DNA of 64,000 nt, taken from positions 224,001-288,000 of the forward strand of contig CAWCIZ010000003.1 of NCBI GenBank assembly GCA_963795855.1, written 5' to 3'. Both the position numbers and the translations under genes were made by a program. The notes beneath the pieces were generated by a model. The model did no database searches and was not told the origin of the DNA. It saw only the letters and a list, made by a program, of their open reading frames with translations. Below are positions 60,820-64,000 of the stretch, one piece after another (the first letter of the stretch is position 1; each line of letters opens with the position of its first letter). The stretch comes from Vulcanimicrobiota bacterium (lineage in GTDB: Bacteria; Vulcanimicrobiota; Vulcanimicrobiia; Vulcanimicrobiales; Vulcanimicrobiaceae).

Positions 60820-63504
60820 CTACATCCGATATTGCACGGTGAGCATCGCTTGCCTGTACGGCATTCCGTAGAGTTCGCTGCCTTGCTGCAGTGGGCTCGT
60901 ATCCGTCCCGAACTGATTTTCCGGTTGGTACACGCCCAATCCGATTAGGCCGTAATTCGTTGCGATACTGTTGAACAGATTATTGATGCCGAGATTAAGG
61001 GTTATTGGACCCCACGTCTTACCTAACGCCAAATTCGCGTAGTCATACGCTGGACGATTGTAGTTATTATTGCCATCGATATGGTAGCCGTCAAAGCGGA
61101 TATCGACGCCCGCGTCATTTTGGTACTCCAGCCCGATTGAGGCCTTATGCAGCGGTATACCAAAAATTTGAGCGCCGTTGATCGTTGTGAGGTTCTGCTG
61201 CAGGATGTCGTCGGGAACGCCCAGATACGCTGCCGACTGCACGTCGTACATATAGTCAGTCATGAGGTGACGTGCTATGCGTACGCGCCCCGAGAGTTCA
61301 ATGCCGCGATAACGGCCTGCTGCAGCGTTATACGTTGTGTTGACGTTCAGGTTCGCAACCGTTGGATTGGGAATGTTAGCGCAGAGTTGAGAAATGCGGT
61401 TGAGGTAGAGTTGGATAATCGATGGCGCTACAGTCTGTCCGACTGCGGTGAACGGTAGCGTTCCTTCGAAGTACGCGCCTTGCTCGTATGAGTCGTACAA
61501 ATTGATTTGAATCGTGTCGTCGCCGGCGAAGCGGTGGCCGTATGCGAGCTCCATGTCCGTCGCCTTTTCCGGCTGCAGATTGCGATCCGCAACGTCGCCG
61601 ATCGTCGTCTGCAGATTGCCGGAGCAATTCGGGAAGACGCTGCCGATGTTACCGTTCACCGTCGGAGGCGCGAAGACGAGCGCGGGCTGCGGTACGCTCA
61701 CGGAATGTCCTCCGGTCAACCGGAGAACGTCCGCATCGGTCGGCCGGTACACCACGGAGAGCCTGGGATCGAGCGAGGTGACCGGCGTCACGTTGGCACG
61801 CTTGAGCCAGAGATTGGCGAAGAACGAAAGGCGCTTGTTTAGGAAGTACTCGTCGTTCGCGAAGATGCCGTTATCCGACATCGTATACGGGGGGGCCCAG
61901 CCAATTTGCGGCAGAGATTTTCCCGGCTGCGAGTAGATGTCCGGGTATTGATCGTAGCGCACGTCCTGACGCTCGCTGGAGAATCCGAAGCCGAAGTCGT
62001 TGCGCGCTCCGGAGATGTGGTCCGCTATGAGAAAACCATGAGTGAGAAAGAAATTGGTACGAAAAAAACTCGAGTCGATGAAGCGGTTGAAATCGGTAAC
62101 GTAGTTATCGACATAACCGTCGATCGTGACCTCGTTGTTCGCGCCTAGCCGCTGGGTGAGGCGGGCATCGTAGTCCTGATTGCGGATCCCCTGAAAAGTG
62201 CCGGGTCCGCCGCCGGCCGGCCCCGACGTGTCTTGCGCATACTGCTGCGGGGAGAGACAACCATAACCCGCAGGCGAATCATTGATGATGGCTATAGCGC
62301 CCGTACATGTTACGCTCTGGCCGTTTCCGAGCGTGACCGATGTCGTATTGCCATTCGATGAAAGAGCCTGCTGTGCGTTGTAGAGCTGGAATGGGTACGT
62401 AACATAGTCGTTGTCGCCGTTGCCGGATTTATCTTCCCAAACGTTGGCGGCCCAGCCCGTCACCGTCAGTTGTGTTGACGGGCTAAAGGCATAGCTGAGC
62501 TTGAGCAAGTCATTTCGCAAAGTATAGTCGCCGGCAACGACGTACGTGTTCGCGGCGAGATTCGCAGCGGAGATATCGTTGCCCAATAGACCGGTTTGCG
62601 GAATAACTTGCGGAATGAAACTTCCATACGTACCCTGCACGGCGTGCATCACCGCGTAGCCTAGTTTTCCGAATGTCCCAGTCGCCTGTAATCCCGTAAG
62701 AAGTTTCCCATCGTTGCCGATGCCTTGCTCGATAGTGAAGGAAGGCTTCGTGGTAGGATTGCTTGTTTGATAGTTTACGGAACCGCCGATCGCATCGACA
62801 CCAAACAATCCGGAGGCACCCGAACCGTAGATGACTTGGATTCCGCTCAGTCCGTAAAATGGCGATATTTGCGAGTCGAATGTATGGAACGCATTTACGG
62901 CGGAGCCAAGCGGCCCGATGCGGTGTCCGTCAAGCAGCGTGGCCGTCTCGCTGGGGTTATAGCCGCGTATGCTGATGAATTCATCATCGCCGACGGAGGC
63001 ACTGGTCTGGGGCGTAACGCCGGCTATGCCGGTCAGCGCGTCTGCGGCACGGATGTAATTCTGCTGCTGTAGTATTTGCGGCGCGATGTACTGATTGATC
63101 GTCGTCGATGTCTGCAGACTGCTGCGGCCGCCCACGGCCACCGACGCAATCGTACGGACTGAGCCCGCATTAAGCGAGGTATTAGCGTACGCGGTCTGCC
63201 CGGCGATGACCACAACGCCGGAGATTCGCGCGGGCTGATAGCCGGAGCGTGAAATCGTCACGGTATACAGCCCTGCAGGCTCGCTTTGGAACCGGAACGT
63301 TCCGTCGGCATGCGTGATGGTTTGCGCAACGACGTGCTCCCCGCTTTGGAGATCAACTTGCGCATCGGATAGCGGCAAACCGTTGCTCGCGTCCACGACT
63401 TGACCGGAGATGGAACCGTTCTGCGGTTGGGCAGCTCCCGCAGGCACTGCACTCCCCGCGCACAGCAAAATCACGGCCGTTAGGGCGAAAGCTAATCGGC
63501 GCAC
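60820..63504 (-). CDS. TonB-dependent receptor with N-terminal carboxypeptidase-regulatory-like domain
   Basis: Signal peptide, GSISGQVVD, ISIRG, LLDG, GGSVN, LQPEKA, NLGINNLFN. Confidence 0.88.
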   Translation of the reverse strand: MRRLAFALTAVILLCAGSAVPAGAAQPQNGSISGQVVDASNGLPLSDAQVDLQSGEHVVAQTITHADGTFRFQSEPAGLYTVTISRSGYQPARISGVVVIAGQTAYANTSLNAGSVRTIASVAVGGRSSLQTSTTINQYIAPQILQQQNYIRAADALTGIAGVTPQTSASVGDDEFISIRGYNPSETATLLDGHRIGPLGSAVNAFHTFDSQISPFYGLSGIQVIYGSGASGLFGVDAIGGSVNYQTSNPTTKPSFTIEQGIGNDGKLLTGLQATGTFGKLGYAVMHAVQGTYGSFIPQVIPQTGLLGNDISAANLAANTYVVAGDYTLRNDLLKLSYAFSPSTQLTVTGWAANVWEDKSGNGDNDYVTYPFQLYNAQQALSSNGNTTSVTLGNGQSVTCTGAIAIINDSPAGYGCLSPQQYAQDTSGPAGGGPGTFQGIRNQDYDARLTQRLGANNEVTIDGYVDNYVTDFNRFIDSSFFRTNFFLTHGFLIADHISGARNDFGFGFSSERQDVRYDQYPDIYSQPGKSLPQIGWAPPYTMSDNGIFANDEYFLNKRLSFFANLWLKRANVTPVTSLDPRLSVVYRPTDADVLRLTGGHSVSVPQPALVFAPPTVNGNIGSVFPNCSGNLQTTIGDVADRNLQPEKATDMELAYGHRFAGDDTIQINLYDSYEQGAYFEGTLPFTAVGQTVAPSIIQLYLNRISQLCANIPNPTVANLNVNTTYNAAAGRYRGIELSGRVRIARHLMTDYMYDVQSAAYLGVPDDILQQNLTTINGAQIFGIPLHKASIGLEYQNDAGVDIRFDGYHIDGNNNYNRPAYDYANLALGKTWGPITLNLGINNLFNSIATNYGLIGLGVYQPENQFGTDTSPLQQGSELYGMPYRQAMLTVQYRM

Positions 63505-63646
63505 ACTGATACCCTCTTTCAGGCCGGCATAATGACGTCCGGCGCCAGGATCAGTGTACGGCGTCCCGCGCTGGGGAGCATGGGGCATTCCCCATACCGG
63601 GCTGCAGCCTCCCCATGCCGTCCGCATCGTGCTACGATAACTCAAG

Positions 63647-64000
63647 ATGTTCGTCAGCGACCGCACCGCGAATCTGATCGGCCGGCGCGTGGAATTAGAG
63701 GCCCTCTTCGATCGGTTTCGCCCCGCCTGCGAAGGTCACGGAGGCGCGGTGCTGATCACTGGCGACGCCGGAATCGGCAAGAGCCGGCTGATAAAGGAGT
63801 TCCTTACACGGATCGACCTTCAGCCGTGCCGCCGCAGTGTGGGCCAGTGCCTGGAGTACGCGCAAGCGCCATATCACCCGTTTCTCGAGGTGTTGAGGAC
63901 ACTAACCGGGACCGTTTCGACGGAGCTGCAATTCGGCCACGATACGTTCACGCGGGAGAATACTGCAGAAATTGGGCGACGGAAATTAGAGGCGTTCCAG
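63647..64000 (+). CDS. STAND-class AAA ATPase regulator (MalT/LAL-like), 5' part; runs off the window
   Basis: My translation: MFVSDRTANLIGRRVELEAL...GAVLITGDAGIGKSRL...GQC...APYHPF. Confidence 0.8.
   Translation, partial: MFVSDRTANLIGRRVELEALFDRFRPACEGHGGAVLITGDAGIGKSRLIKEFLTRIDLQPCRRSVGQCLEYAQAPYHPFLEVLRTLTGTVSTELQFGHDTFTRENTAEIGRRKLEAFQ

Noticed and set aside
1..64000. tRNA, rRNA, CRISPR array, transposase or prophage
   Set aside because: No cloverleaf, repeat-spacer array, or integrase/transposase motifs seen by eye

Overview
GC-rich bacterial chromosome segment from a diderm organism (TonB-dependent receptors, lipoproteins). Gene style suggests a soil lineage such as Ca. Eremiobacterota/WPS-2, but that is only an impression. 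Most of the window is housekeeping and metabolic genes: hemL-rex-hemA-hemD, arginase, a BMP-type nucleoside ABC transporter, ilvE, fdhD, polX, a nicotinate phosphoribosyltransferase, rpsO, split transketolase, ggt, pnp, UbiD/UbiA menaquinone genes, a YtrA-type GntR/ABC operon, and a TonB-dependent receptor/threonine dehydratase/STAND-regulator block at the right end. No rRNA, tRNA, CRISPR or mobile element was seen. Main discoveries: (1) three dispersed small ORFs with good ribosome-binding sites (50730-50846, 54445-54606, 59220-59357) share an F-x-G-W-G-P-K-(L/V) motif conserved at the protein level; two are followed by hairpins with anti-Shine-Dalgarno-like loops, and each sits beside regulator or envelope genes. 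(2) An operon of cupredoxin, SCO, cupredoxin, a Cyc2-like CxxCH cytochrome-porin and a two-component system resembles an extracellular electron transfer module. (3) A three-hairpin structured RNA with UC(C)UCCAC loops. (4) Eleven apparent single-base indels, seven of them in the middle of AGCT, which suggests methylation-linked base-calling errors rather than pseudogenes. All functional calls come from motif recognition by eye; no database searches were run.
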